From contig CBDCWC010000002.1 of the NCBI GenBank assembly GCA_965223295.1, forward strand, positions 800,001-864,000: a stretch of 64,000 bases of DNA. Reading direction: 5' to 3'. The DNA comes from Nitrospirales bacterium. Its GTDB lineage: Bacteria > Nitrospirota > Nitrospiria > Nitrospirales > UBA8639. Made by a program: the position numbers and the translations under genes. Position 1 is the first letter of the stretch; each line of letters opens with the position of its first letter. Below, piece after piece: positions 1 through 10,178 of this stretch. Below the pieces are notes generated by a model. The model was not told the origin of the DNA. It was given only the letters and a program-made list of their open reading frames with translations, and did not search any database.

Positions 1-1516
1 CAATGTAGACTGGAACAGATTGAGGCATGTCCACAACTTCACGTTCTGAAGTCGCAAATATTTCATCAATTTTTTCAGGCGTCCAGACTCCTTCCAATAA
101 CAATTCAGCAAACGCTTTCGGGTCCTGCAAGCGGATGCAGCCGTGACTAAAATCTCGTTCCGATTCCTCGAAGAGATAATCAGCAGGTGTATCATGTAAA
201 TATACCGCATGATCATTGGGAAACATAAATTTCACGAGGCCGAGCGCATTGGAGGGGCCGGGTTTTTGTCGGACTCGCACTGAGCCTTCTTCCAAGTTTT
301 CTTCAGTCAGTAGATCCATTTCTAGGATCTGCTCATCCCAATCGACTAGTTGGTAATTTTTTGAGACTAGATACGTGGGGTCTTCGAGGAATTTTGGAAG
401 GATTTCTTCGGCTACGATACTTCGCGGCACGTTCCAATAGGGATTAAATACCACATACTCAATAGAGTCACTGAAAATAGGCGTTTGACTCATTGGTTTT
501 CCCACGATCACTCGCATCTCCATCCGCTTTTCATTCTGTAAATAGGCAGTTAATTTAAAGTCAGGAATATTCACATACACGTGATTAGCCCCCAATTCAC
601 GTGGCATCCAGCGCCGCCTCTCCAGGTTGAGTAAGATCTGTTTAATTCGCATTTCAATTGAAACATTCAGTTCAGTGAGGGTTAGTGGGCCAACTAATCC
701 ATCCTCAGTGAGACCATGACGTCGTTGAAATTGGCGGACAGCCTTCTCTACATCCTGATCATAGACCTTCATATCAAAACCAACATCTAAGTCGCCTGTC
801 GAACCCAAACGATGTCGGAGGGTTGCTACCCGATTCCCCTGAGACCCCCGTTTAAGCAACGGTCCATCGGATATAGATAGCCAACCGTTACGTTCCTGGG
901 CCTCACGGTATACTGTTAAGGCCTTCAGAAGTGGTTCATAGCCATCATGGTCACTAGCCACAGACCTCAAAGTGAAGGAAACTCCATCTTCATGTGCCTT
1001 CGAAAGTATTGTTTTTGCCGATCGACGTTGATCTTTCAGAAACCATTTTCCGTTGATTGTCTTGGGATTCACACGCCCACCCGTGAGATGGTCCACAAAC
1101 CGAAAAAAGTTTTTTGTTAGGGCTATTTCTAATTCTCCTAATAGTTCTATTCTAGCAATGCGATCATCCCCTGGAAGAAGATTAACGGTTCGATTCAACC
1201 ACTGAACTTTATCAACTTCATAATCATCGGGCTCGAGTCCTTGCTGTGCTGCGTTGGATAATTCCTTCAGGAGCTCCCTACCAGAATTATTGACTTGATA
1301 ATCTTGAACCCAGATAGGGCTATGCGCTCTTTCTGAATAGATGGAAGCGAGAGCATCTGTAGAAGGACTTTCTAAATTATCCATATGTTGCTGTATTTGA
1401 TCGGAGATAGACCATGATGTTTCTGCCAAGGCATGTATGTGGAAAAATCCTAAAAAATTAACACTGATAATAAAAATAATGAGACCTTCGGTAAAATTAG
1501 GAAACCATCGTTTCAT
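1..1516 (-). CDS. L,D-transpeptidase (YcbB/LdtD-like) with peptidoglycan-binding domain; 3' end runs off the window
   Basis: Manual translation from ATG at 1516 (MKRWFPNF...): PG-binding motif AVRQFQRRHGLTEDGLVGPLT, then VNIPDFKL, VVFNPYWNVPRSI, PGPSNALGLVKFMFPN, YLHDTP and SHGCIRL. Not in the ORF track because the stop is outside the window. Confidence 0.9.
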   Translation of the reverse strand, partial: MKRWFPNFTEGLIIFIISVNFLGFFHIHALAETSWSISDQIQQHMDNLESPSTDALASIYSERAHSPIWVQDYQVNNSGRELLKELSNAAQQGLEPDDYEVDKVQWLNRTVNLLPGDDRIARIELLGELEIALTKNFFRFVDHLTGGRVNPKTINGKWFLKDQRRSAKTILSKAHEDGVSFTLRSVASDHDGYEPLLKALTVYREAQERNGWLSISDGPLLKRGSQGNRVATLRHRLGSTGDLDVGFDMKVYDQDVEKAVRQFQRRHGLTEDGLVGPLTLTELNVSIEMRIKQILLNLERRRWMPRELGANHVYVNIPDFKLTAYLQNEKRMEMRVIVGKPMSQTPIFSDSIEYVVFNPYWNVPRSIVAEEILPKFLEDPTYLVSKNYQLVDWDEQILEMDLLTEENLEEGSVRVRQKPGPSNALGLVKFMFPNDHAVYLHDTPADYLFEESERDFSHGCIRLQDPKAFAELLLEGVWTPEKIDEIFATSEREVVDMPQSVPVYI

Positions 1517-1786
1517 ATGTTGATGATGAACAAGCATAATGTCCTTTGAGTCATGTAAGATTCTTTAGCCAGATACGAAAATCAATCAGGTCATTTATTC
1601 GGATAGCCGTAATTCATCTCGGGAACATACATCAAACAAAATTCGCCAATTATTCAGTGAGTATAAACATGACACAATCTACAACGGCAAAAGAAATCGG
1701 GACAGTTGGACCTGCCCCGATTTCTATCACCCTACTCTGGGTCTGCACGATTACCTATAGCAAGAAGGTCAATAATCAAAGTCATC

Positions 1787-2938
1787 TTAGTACCGGCCCA
1801 GAACACCATCTCCTCTCAAATACGGCCGAGAATAATATCGTTTAGAATTCCTACTTTGAGTGCGAATTCTCTTTCGTTCACGATCTTTGTTCGCAAGCCT
1901 ATCCTGCGGGCTGTAAAACCGCTCACGCGTGGACATTTCTTCGTCATCTTCATCGAGATCCCAATTTTTCCGAACGTGGGCCAAGGCACTCTCATCTTCT
2001 TTCAGCATAGGAAGCCCCGCTATTTGCTTATCTGATACGTCCAGTGTAGCTGTTTTTCCGTCAGATGACGTGTCTAAAGCCTCCCAAGGAACCGAAATCA
2101 TTTGACCTTCTTTTTTCTTAATGATGGCGTACGCAGGATTCCCTTCTGAGTCGTTCAAGACTTTGGTGACATTTCCTACCTGCTCGCCTTCCTTAGTTTT
2201 AACAGGAAACGCATCTTCATAAGTTTTGGGATTCAGACTTCCTAATGCTCCAGCGGGCAACACCGTATATTGAGTCGAACGCCCGAAATCACGGCCTGAT
2301 CCAGATCGAGACATAGATTGGCTACTTCCTTCCCGCCGTTTCATATAGCGAACGAACTGAGCATTTCCTCTATGATCGATACGTGCTTTGATTCGATCGC
2401 CCGTTTGAAAATTACAATCGCCAAATTGGAATCCTGCCCGTTGCGATTGTTTTTTGGAAGACATAGCAGAGCTTGAAGAATCTTTCCCTTTCGTAGGAGA
2501 CATGGTGCTGGATGATCCAGAAGCATCAGACCCCGTTGAGGCAGATTGACTCTTGGATCGACAAACCATATTCGTATCCTCAGAAACCTGAATTTGCATT
2601 CGCTCACCATCACGTGTACGAACCGTGAATTCATTCTCCTGAATACCAATAATTTTCCCTTTCACGACTTCACTATCTTCTTCGTAACGCATAGATCTCT
2701 TGTCGTCGACTGTGTCTAGGTCGCCATACTGATTAGTGTAATAGTCACGTTTATTGCCTCGACGATCTCCAGATCTATGGTAAAAATCATCACTGGCTCG
2801 GCGACCATCATCATGGGAACGGTAGTAGCGACCTCCATCATCATAGTTACGAGGGCTGGCGAACGTTCCACTGGCAAGCACGGGCAACGACAACATTATC
2901 ACGCCCAAACTTGCGGCAGTTTTTTTAAAAGCTGGCAT
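1787..2938 (-). CDS. Exported protein with low-complexity N-terminus, OB-fold-like region and C-terminal PRC-barrel domain
   Basis: Signal peptide; GGAGG RBS; C-terminal VKTKEGEQVGNVTKVL...YAII...VPWEAL is PRC-barrel-like. Confidence 0.7.
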   Translation of the reverse strand: MPAFKKTAASLGVIMLSLPVLASGTFASPRNYDDGGRYYRSHDDGRRASDDFYHRSGDRRGNKRDYYTNQYGDLDTVDDKRSMRYEEDSEVVKGKIIGIQENEFTVRTRDGERMQIQVSEDTNMVCRSKSQSASTGSDASGSSSTMSPTKGKDSSSSAMSSKKQSQRAGFQFGDCNFQTGDRIKARIDHRGNAQFVRYMKRREGSSQSMSRSGSGRDFGRSTQYTVLPAGALGSLNPKTYEDAFPVKTKEGEQVGNVTKVLNDSEGNPAYAIIKKKEGQMISVPWEALDTSSDGKTATLDVSDKQIAGLPMLKEDESALAHVRKNWDLDEDDEEMSTRERFYSPQDRLANKDRERKRIRTQSRNSKRYYSRPYLRGDGVLGRY

Positions 2939-3071
2939 TGGAAACCTCCTTGAATTTTTAAAAATTTTTTATCGGTGAGAGATTACTCTTTTTGAGAGCT
3001 TGCTATTAACAGAGTTTGTCTTTCACCCTTCGTAGGAAATTATTCTATCCGCTCTAATTTCCTTTTCGTGA

Positions 3072-3107
3072 TGGACAAATTCGTAATCTTGTTTCGGAAA
3101 TTGTCCC
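3072..3107 (-). promoter_or_regulatory. Island operator GACA-N24-TGTC (upstream of 2938 gene)
   Basis: TGGACAAATT...AAATTGTCCC; TAGAAT on minus strand at 3042-3047, 26 bp away. Confidence 0.75.
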
Positions 3108-3171
3108 GCTCCTTCGTTAGCTATCCTCATCACCTTTGACTTGTGCGCATAGATTTCATGACTAAATACGC

Positions 3172-3207
3172 TAGACATTTTTGGTTAAAATTCTGATCTT
3201 TTGTCCA
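3172..3207 (+). promoter_or_regulatory. Island operator GACA-N24-TGTC (upstream of 3330 BON gene)
   Basis: TAGACATTTT...CTTTTGTCCA. Confidence 0.75.
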
Positions 3208-3329
3208 TTTGTTAGCGCAACGAGCTCTGATATGAATATAGGGGTAAAAAGTAGAAATGGAATTTTTTGTTAGATCTTTCTACTTAACAACCTATCCACA
3301 CATAATATTAATATTCACAGGAGGTTCCC

Positions 3330-4094
3330 ATGCTGCCAAAATCAACCGAACGCTCTCTTTCACTAGCACTGACATTTAGCGCCCTCGCACTCACCTTCCC
3401 TCATACAGCTCTGAGTGCTTCTACTGATTCATTAGAATCACTAGAATCGTTACCACCTGGAACCTACGATCTCACAGTGATTAAAGACGCTGATGAGAAT
3501 TCCAGGAATCACAAGGCGAACAATCGTGATTACTACACGAATCAATACGGAGATTTGGATACGATTGACAATAAACGAAAGAGCCGCTCTGGAAGATCGG
3601 AGGCAAAGATGCACCGAAGGAATAATATATACACTGGTGTAGCCGGCAGAACCAATCTCTATCAAGAAGAACTACGACAACTTGATCGTAACTTACGAGA
3701 GGACATCCGTGAGGAACTCACTTATAGTCCCTTCGTCGACGAAGAGAAGATTCACGTGAAGGTGCGACGTGGCGTGGCAACTTTAACGGGTACGGTCGAA
3801 GATCGGGATGCTATGATAGCAGCGGTTGAAAATGCCTACGAAGGAGGAGCACGAAAGGTGAAAAATCGGCTTCTGGTAAGCCGTTATGAAGAAAGGCCCT
3901 GGGTTGATATGAGTGATGGCCGATTAGAAAAGGAAATCTACAGTGACCTTGAAAATGGCATTTCAGTCGATGTACTTGACGGAGTGGCTACCTTAACTGG
4001 AACTGTTAGAGAGCGATCCGCCATTGCTGATGCTGTTGAAATTGCCTACGAAGCAGGGGCGAGACGCGTGGTGAATAGATTACGACTCTACTGA
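3330..4094 (+). CDS. Exported BON-domain protein (2 BON domains)
   Basis: Signal peptide, AGGAGG RBS, two repeats of V.V..GVATLTGTV......AVE.AYE.GAR.V.N.L. Confidence 0.85.
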   Translation: MLPKSTERSLSLALTFSALALTFPHTALSASTDSLESLESLPPGTYDLTVIKDADENSRNHKANNRDYYTNQYGDLDTIDNKRKSRSGRSEAKMHRRNNIYTGVAGRTNLYQEELRQLDRNLREDIREELTYSPFVDEEKIHVKVRRGVATLTGTVEDRDAMIAAVENAYEGGARKVKNRLLVSRYEERPWVDMSDGRLEKEIYSDLENGISVDVLDGVATLTGTVRERSAIADAVEIAYEAGARRVVNRLRLY

Positions 4095-4200
4095 CGTTTT
4101 ATAAATACAACGAGAAAAATTTTGCTGCACAATGGCCTGTAAAAACCTAGACTTTCTATCACTGAAAGAGTGAGTCAAGGGCTAACCTAAGGAGGAAGGT

Positions 4201-4314
4201 ATGAAGCATCTCGTTGTCAAACCAGCAGTCTGTGGCGGGTTTCCATCATCAGGACCAGCAAAGAGTGTTTGGATGGATTCCCGTCGATTGCTTGAGGCAA
4301 TGACAGAAGAGTGA
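4201..4314 (+). CDS. Possible small protein (37 aa, MKHLVVKPAVCGGFPSSG...)
   Basis: Strong AAGGAGGAAGG RBS immediately before ATG; no recognisable homology. Confidence 0.3.
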   Translation: MKHLVVKPAVCGGFPSSGPAKSVWMDSRRLLEAMTEE

Positions 4315-4566
4315 AACACTTCTCCATCTTTCAACAGGTCACTTGTCAGGGTAGGACATGGCGAAGTCTAGCTTCTACGCTTAAGCGAAGGTATCACGAA
4401 TGATATTCGTTCGTCCTCATTACTTTTTTCTACGCATCCCCCTTATCTCTCTCACCATTTTCTCTTTTCTAAGCTTCCTGGAAGACACGTCCTGATCCCT
4501 TATAATAATCTCTCAATAGGCAGCTAAGAGAGCCATGATTGTTTCTTCATGAGAAAAGTTTTCTCA

Positions 4567-4602
4567 TAGACATTTCACTTTGCCAACCATGCAATTTGTC
4601 CG
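4567..4602 (+). promoter_or_regulatory. Island operator GACA-N24-TGTC (upstream of PRC-barrel cluster)
   Basis: TAGACATTTC...AATTTGTCCG; TACGTT at 4627-4632, 26 bp downstream. Confidence 0.75.
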
Positions 4603-4724
4603 TAGAGAACATGCAAAACTACCTGATACGTTATTTACAAGCTTGACATATATATGTCGAAAGCTGGTTCAGGAATCGGGATTTATCTATTTAACAGTAT
4701 TATCAGTGGCACAAGGAGGTACTC

Positions 4725-5087
4725 ATGACGACCCAACAAACACGCAAAATGCTATCTGCTGATTCAATAGCAGGCTCTGCAGTTTGGAACACGACTGGAG
4801 AAAATCTTGGTGAACTTAAGGACTTGATGATAGACATCACGACGGGAAGAATAGGTTATGCTGTTCTATCATTTGGTGGGATTTTAGGAATTGGAGACAA
4901 ACTCTTTGCTATTCCTTGGCCAGCGTTCAGTATCTCACAGGAAGAAAAGGTATTTTATCTCAATGTTGCAAAGGAGAAATTAGAACAGGCACCTGGATTT
5001 GATAAGGACAATTGGCCAGACATGACTGATTATACCTGGGGTACAGCTATCCACGGTTATTATGGTTATGATCCATATTGGGAATAA
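4725..5087 (+). CDS. PRC-barrel domain protein
   Basis: GENLGELKDLMID...IGYAVLSFGGILGIGDKLFAIPW...KEKLEQAPGFDKDNWPDM; AAGGAGG RBS. Confidence 0.92.
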   Translation: MTTQQTRKMLSADSIAGSAVWNTTGENLGELKDLMIDITTGRIGYAVLSFGGILGIGDKLFAIPWPAFSISQEEKVFYLNVAKEKLEQAPGFDKDNWPDMTDYTWGTAIHGYYGYDPYWE

Positions 5088-5138
5088 AATATATTCGATT
5101 CTCTAAAATTTAACTAACGTTATTATAAGGAGGGTATC

Positions 5139-5219
5139 ATGCCAATACTTTTGTGGTTACTCGGTGTGCCGTTAACGTTGGTGCTGGTGTTGTGGCTTTT
5201 CGGCATTATCGCCTTTTAG
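5139..5219 (+). CDS. 26-aa single-TM small protein (MPILLWLLGVPLTLVLVLWLFGIIAF)
   Basis: AAGGAGGG RBS, ATG 5139, TAG 5217-5219; entirely hydrophobic; below the ORF-track cutoff. Confidence 0.7.
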   Translation: MPILLWLLGVPLTLVLVLWLFGIIAF

Positions 5220-5420
5220 GCCTCACATTTTTAAAATTGCCAAATTTCTCTCATTTGTCTTTTCAGTAAATTGACTGAAGATTGGCAAAATATATTTCAT
5301 CTGGAGAAAGCCAAGATGAAGTTTCATAAATCACGCATGATCGTGTGCTAATTACACTTCGTGACGCGATCACCATTGAACAATTTAATCTGAGTTTTAC
5401 AAGGAAGCAAGAGAAATATC

Positions 5421-5639
5421 ATGTCGAAAAAACAATGGGATTTATGTAAACGCTGCAAATGGTGGCAAATAGAACCTGACGCCACAATAGAAGACAAGAC
5501 TCTTGGTCTTTGCATCGATGAAGACTTACAACCCTATCTATTACTGGTGTCAGGGAATAGTGGCTGTAACAAGTTCATGACGGGGGAACCCGCTCGAGCC
5601 CAAGGTTCAGCTTCTCAACCACTTACGGCAAACCCTTAA
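5421..5639 (+). CDS. Small Cys-rich hypothetical protein (CxxCxWW...C...C)
   Basis: Four Cys in a possible metal-binding arrangement; same strand as neighbours. Confidence 0.6.
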   Translation: MSKKQWDLCKRCKWWQIEPDATIEDKTLGLCIDEDLQPYLLLVSGNSGCNKFMTGEPARAQGSASQPLTANP

Positions 5640-5832
5640 CGCTAGCTCATCTTCTAAGCATGAATACGGCTTCGCAATGTGAACACTGAAATGAAGATCA
5701 CAGCCTTCATTCATGCCCAATGAGTCATACAATCTGACAAATTAAGGCATAGAAGAATGGTGCACCGCTCAACTCTAAATTTTCCAGCTGGCAAATCTGT
5801 CAAGATTTCAGATCGTATTGAGAGAGGAAAAA

Positions 5833-6213
5833 ATGAACAAAGCATATGGAGCAAAAATTTGGGCCATACCAGAAGGTTATATTCCTGATGGGAGTCATGG
5901 ACCAGAGCCCCAATTCATAAGCCATGAGACAGCATGCATACTCAATACGACAGACCAGGATGCACGTGTCACTATAACGATCTATTATTCAGACCGTGAA
6001 CCTGGTGGCCCCTATCAATTTATCGTACCAGCAAGGCGTACGAAACATGTACGGTTTAATGATCTAGCAGAACCTGAACCGATTCCTCTCGATACCGATT
6101 TTGCAAGTCTCATAGAATCGAATATTCCTATTATTGTCCAACACACTCGCTTAGATTCCCGGCAAGCCGAGAACGCACTTCTAAGCACTATAGCTTTCCC
6201 AGTTAATCTGTAA
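5833..6213 (+). CDS. Anabaena sensory rhodopsin transducer (ASRT)-family protein
   Basis: WAIPEGYIP...SHETACILN...VPARRTKHVRFNDL..PEPIP..TDFAS.IES..PIIVQHTRLDSRQAENALLSTIAFP; ATG 5833 after GAGAGGA. Confidence 0.85.
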   Translation: MNKAYGAKIWAIPEGYIPDGSHGPEPQFISHETACILNTTDQDARVTITIYYSDREPGGPYQFIVPARRTKHVRFNDLAEPEPIPLDTDFASLIESNIPIIVQHTRLDSRQAENALLSTIAFPVNL

Positions 6214-6294
6214 ACCAGTTTACGTCAAAAAAACCACCTTGAGTGTAAATAACTGAGTTCATATAAATAATGATAAAGAGAGAGAATAATGTAG

Positions 6295-7155
6295 ATGTTT
6301 GATGTCGTGGTGTTCGGGGGAGGAGGAACTCGTTGCCTGTGGCAAGGCGGTTTTCTTGAAAGCGCTTCTAAACAGGTGCTATCACCAAAGCATATCGTTG
6401 CAGTCAGTGCAGGAGCCCTATCAGCCGTCGGTTACATTATAGGAAATGAAAAAAGAATTCGGGAGGAAATGAAAAATTCGTTTCAGTCAATCGCTCATAA
6501 CCTGCGCTGGTCCGCATGTTTCAATGACAAGGCCATCGCTCCTCATCTCCAAGCCTATCGTCATGCACTGACGCGTGCCTTTCACGATGAGCATATCCAA
6601 AAATTACATGATGGACCTGAATTGCATGTTTTGCTTACTCGGCCCCCGAATTTTCTCCCTCGACAAGTGTCTTCAATGTTAGGAGTTTGTGCCTACCAAT
6701 TAGACCTTCTTGTGAGAGGGACCCCACACAGTGTGCTAGCTGGTAAATAAGGGTTTTGTCCAATATCGGTAAAAGCCTGTGATATTAAATCTGCTTCGGA
6801 CTTATGTGACCTTCTCATCGCCGCGGGGTGTATCCCCCCGATCATCCCACTCTAAACATGGCGCCAGGAACCTTCACTCGACGGGGGATTAATCGATAAT
6901 GCTCCAATTGAAGCATGGGAAACTCAACAGACTCCTAGCAAACAGGCACTCATCTTTGTAACACGCCGGTATAGGCAATTGCCGAATCATGCAAACCGTG
7001 TATACATACAGCCATCAAGACCCATTCCAGCATCGAAACTTGATTTTACCGACCCCGATCAGATTGAGGCTGCTTACGAACTAGGAAAAAAGGATGGAGA
7101 ACGATTCTGGACACGTATCCAAGATGGGGCCAAACCAAAGAAAGCGGCTCAGTAA
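6295..7155 (+). pseudogene. Patatin-like phospholipase pseudogene (two in-frame TAA)
   Basis: GGGGTR and AVSAG motifs; the same frame continues past TAA 6748-6750 and TAA 6853-6855 to LDGGLIDNAP...AYELGKKDG, ending TAA 7153-7155. Confidence 0.85.
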
Positions 7156-7195
7156 ATAGCATATCTTTTTGCTAAATTAAGGAGGGTACTAAACC

Positions 7196-7354
7196 ATGGA
7201 TATTCTTCGTATACTATTTTCGATTCTCATTCCACCCCTTGGAGTGTTTCTTCAGGTGGGTATCGGAGCACAATTTTGGATTAATATCCTCTTGACCTTG
7301 CTTGGGTATATCCCCGGCATTGTCCACGCCGTATGGATCATAGCCAAACGATAG
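7196..7354 (+). CDS. yqaE: YqaE/Pmp3 family (UPF0057) small membrane protein
   Basis: MDILRILFSILIPPLGVFLQVGIGAQFWINILLTLLGYIPGIVHAVWIIAKR; AAGGAGG RBS; below the ORF-track cutoff. Confidence 0.92.
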   Translation: MDILRILFSILIPPLGVFLQVGIGAQFWINILLTLLGYIPGIVHAVWIIAKR

Positions 7355-7481
7355 TACGACGATTGAAAAACCCTATTGTTGTCGTTTGACGGATCGATCG
7401 GAAGATGTAGAAGGAAAGGGAGCCCACGGATGAACCATTGTCAAAAAATGGGCACCACCCTCAAAAGACTTTTGTCAAGAG

Positions 7482-8558
7482 ATGACTATTGATTTCTTCC
7501 TGACATTTTGTGGGATTGTGATCACCGTCGTCACTGTTCTTCCCTTCTGTCGTGTAGGATTGTGGTGGATAAGAATTTTTGACTTTCCCTGTGCCCAGTT
7601 TGCCTTTTTGGGCGCGATGATCGTGGCCGCTTGGCTCTTTTTCTACCTCCAAGAAGAAAATCTCCATTTAAGCACAAGAATGATTCCTTTTCTCCTGGGA
7701 AGCTTGTTGATCCAGGGATACCGAATTTACCCGTATACCGTATTGCCTAGCAAAGAAAGCCCTCCTTCCACTGGCGAAGATGATCCTGATCGAACTATCA
7801 GTATTCTCGCCGCTAATGTGTTAATGGAGAATCGCAATTCTGACAGCCTCATGCAATTTATTGGAAAGTATGATCCCGATCTTATCTTGCTCACAGAAGC
7901 AAACCGTTGGTGGGAACAAGCCATGAAATCTCTAGAAACAAAGTATGATTTTACCCTCAAGAAGCCCCTTGAAAATACGTACGGAATGCTCTTGTATTCT
8001 CGCGTTTCATTAATAGATAGTGAAATTACCTTTTTAGTCGAGGATGACGTCCCATCCATCCACACCACTCTTAGACTCGTATCAGGAGAAACCGTAGACT
8101 TTTATGGCCTTCATCCCCGCCCTCCTCGGTTTAACCAAGATGTCCACGAGCGAGACGCAGAACTACTGATCGTTGGTCAATCAATTGCCAAACGACCCCG
8201 GCCAGCAATCGTTGCAGGCGATTTAAACGATGTCGCCTGGTCGCACTCGACCAGATTGTTTCGTCGGTTAAGTGGGTTATTAGATCCTCGCATCGGACGT
8301 GGATTTTTTAATACCTTTCCGACTCACCTACCCTTCTTCAGATTTCCAATGGATCACATCTTCCATTCACGGCATCTGCGCTTGAATCGGCTCCAAGTAC
8401 TGGAAGCGTTTGGATCAGACCATTATCCTATTTATGCTAATCTGTATTTTAATAGTGATGAACAATACTCATCTGCTACCAACAAGGAAATTCGTAATGA
8501 AGCCCGAGAAAAGATTGCTGAAGGGCTTAAGCATGCTCACAACAAACCTTCGACATGA
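7482..8558 (+). CDS. Membrane-anchored endonuclease/exonuclease/phosphatase (EEP) family protein
   Basis: N-terminal TMs; ANVLMEN, DPDLILLTE, AGDLNDVAWS, PMDHIF, GSDHYP. Confidence 0.88.
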   Translation: MTIDFFLTFCGIVITVVTVLPFCRVGLWWIRIFDFPCAQFAFLGAMIVAAWLFFYLQEENLHLSTRMIPFLLGSLLIQGYRIYPYTVLPSKESPPSTGEDDPDRTISILAANVLMENRNSDSLMQFIGKYDPDLILLTEANRWWEQAMKSLETKYDFTLKKPLENTYGMLLYSRVSLIDSEITFLVEDDVPSIHTTLRLVSGETVDFYGLHPRPPRFNQDVHERDAELLIVGQSIAKRPRPAIVAGDLNDVAWSHSTRLFRRLSGLLDPRIGRGFFNTFPTHLPFFRFPMDHIFHSRHLRLNRLQVLEAFGSDHYPIYANLYFNSDEQYSSATNKEIRNEAREKIAEGLKHAHNKPST

Positions 8559-8836
8559 TGTTAGGAAAGGCACGAGAGTTGTGATCCTTTTCGTGATTAG
8601 GAGTTCAATTTCCTCTTTCATAAGCCCATCATTGATTAAATTTAGAGCCATGGGAACCCATCCCCCTACACAAACTCCTAAAGAGCCTTAGGTAAGAAGG
8701 CCGCACATCAGCCAACTGCCGATTGAATGACAGACTACGCCGTCGAAATGACCATACGGCTAGACGGTTTGAAACTTCAGTGGCTAGCACCTAGATGAGA
8801 AACCTTCTTTCTAGACTTCAATCAACACTTCTTAGC

Positions 8837-8872
8837 TAGACATTTACGTTCTTGAGAAGCTGAATTTGTACT
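8837..8872 (+). promoter_or_regulatory. Island operator, one mismatch (GACA-N24-TGTA)
   Basis: TAGACATTTA...AATTTGTACT; TATCTT at 8897-8902, 26 bp downstream. Confidence 0.55.
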
Positions 8873-9116
8873 TTGCTGGGAGATAAAAAACCATATTATC
8901 TTTATCAAGGTTATCACCCACCATTTCAATGGATGTGCTTGAAATATATAAAAACAATCAAGATACGACTAATGAAAAACATACACTAGTAAAATATGGC
9001 CCTGACTTTCTGTCGGGATAACCTTTCGGAACGATCATGAAGCAAGTCTCGTGTATCCTAATAAAAACTATACTTCACCAACCCTTCACACATATGCATT
9101 CATAGGAGGCCTTCAC

Positions 9117-9839
9117 ATGAAAGATTTTAGCGTTCGTCAGGTAGCGATCATAATTTCAGGTATCATAGCTATGCTACTGCCTATTTCGACTCTTACATTT
9201 GGACGTACTCTCAACACAAACTATTACCATTCTCCCTTCCTCATTCTGGCCGAGCTCACTTCTCAAGACAAGCTTCAACAATATAAGGAAGACATACAAC
9301 AACAATTCAAAAAAGCTCACGACCTTATACAAGAATTAGAGAACAAAATTGACACAAGATCCCAGGGAAATCAGGATACGTTAAGAAGAAACATGATGGA
9401 ACTCAATAAAGAACTTGAACATGCCCAGCGGATGTATAGAAACTTTGACACAATTGACCCAAAAAATTGGCTGAGAGAAAAAAGAGAAGTCGATGCGGTC
9501 ATGGCCAGTTTAGATGAAGCGTACGATGACATTCTTCCAAACTTACATGATAAAACCCGCTATCTTCAAGAAGCTGTTCATCATGCAAAACTTGCGAAGA
9601 ATTTTGCTGAGGAAGAAAGAAATGACTTATTCCTGAAAAATTCGGAAAAGGCAAAAGAGCATGCTTCCCTAGCACAACAAGCAGGGATAGACTCAGAATT
9701 CGTGGCCGAGGGAATTTCTGAACTCAAGGACGCAATCTATCACATCAATGAAGATAAAGTTGGCGCCGCAACGACCTTGATTGGAGGAGCCTATCTTCAA
9801 TTGCATTCAGCATTCAAGCAACACATGGATAGGCAATAA
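9117..9839 (+). CDS. Exported coiled-coil protein with C-terminal SmbP-like (small metal-binding protein) four-helix domain
   Basis: ATG 9117 after AGGAGG; C-terminus YLQEAVHHAKLA...AKEHASLA...VAEGISELKDAIYH...VGAATT resembles SmbP helical repeats with fewer His. Confidence 0.55.
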   Translation: MKDFSVRQVAIIISGIIAMLLPISTLTFGRTLNTNYYHSPFLILAELTSQDKLQQYKEDIQQQFKKAHDLIQELENKIDTRSQGNQDTLRRNMMELNKELEHAQRMYRNFDTIDPKNWLREKREVDAVMASLDEAYDDILPNLHDKTRYLQEAVHHAKLAKNFAEEERNDLFLKNSEKAKEHASLAQQAGIDSEFVAEGISELKDAIYHINEDKVGAATTLIGGAYLQLHSAFKQHMDRQ

Positions 9840-10178
9840 ATCGACTTGTTAAAGATCATTTTGTGAACACCAAGAATTGATAAGACGCACAAAACCAAAG
9901 ATAAGAAAAACTGAGCAACAAGCTCACCTCTTAAGGAAAGAGGATTGCGAAAGAACGGATCAATCAAGGACACTCATAAATGGGTTTGAGCCACATAAAA
10001 CGCTGCTGATGATCTTTTCATTGGTTTTCTTTGTCAGGCATCTATTCCTCACGATTGTTTATTCCGAGACATTATTACAAAATGAAAACCTTAAAACGAC
10101 TCTCAAATTCACTAGAATATTACTCCCTGAATTGAGACCAGCCTGAATAGGAAGAGATCATCTCATGAATGTTGCTTC

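Noticed and set aside
6748-6855. Two in-frame TAA codons in the patatin gene as possible stop-codon recoding
   Set aside because: TAA terminates many intact genes in this window; nonsense mutation in a decaying island is simpler
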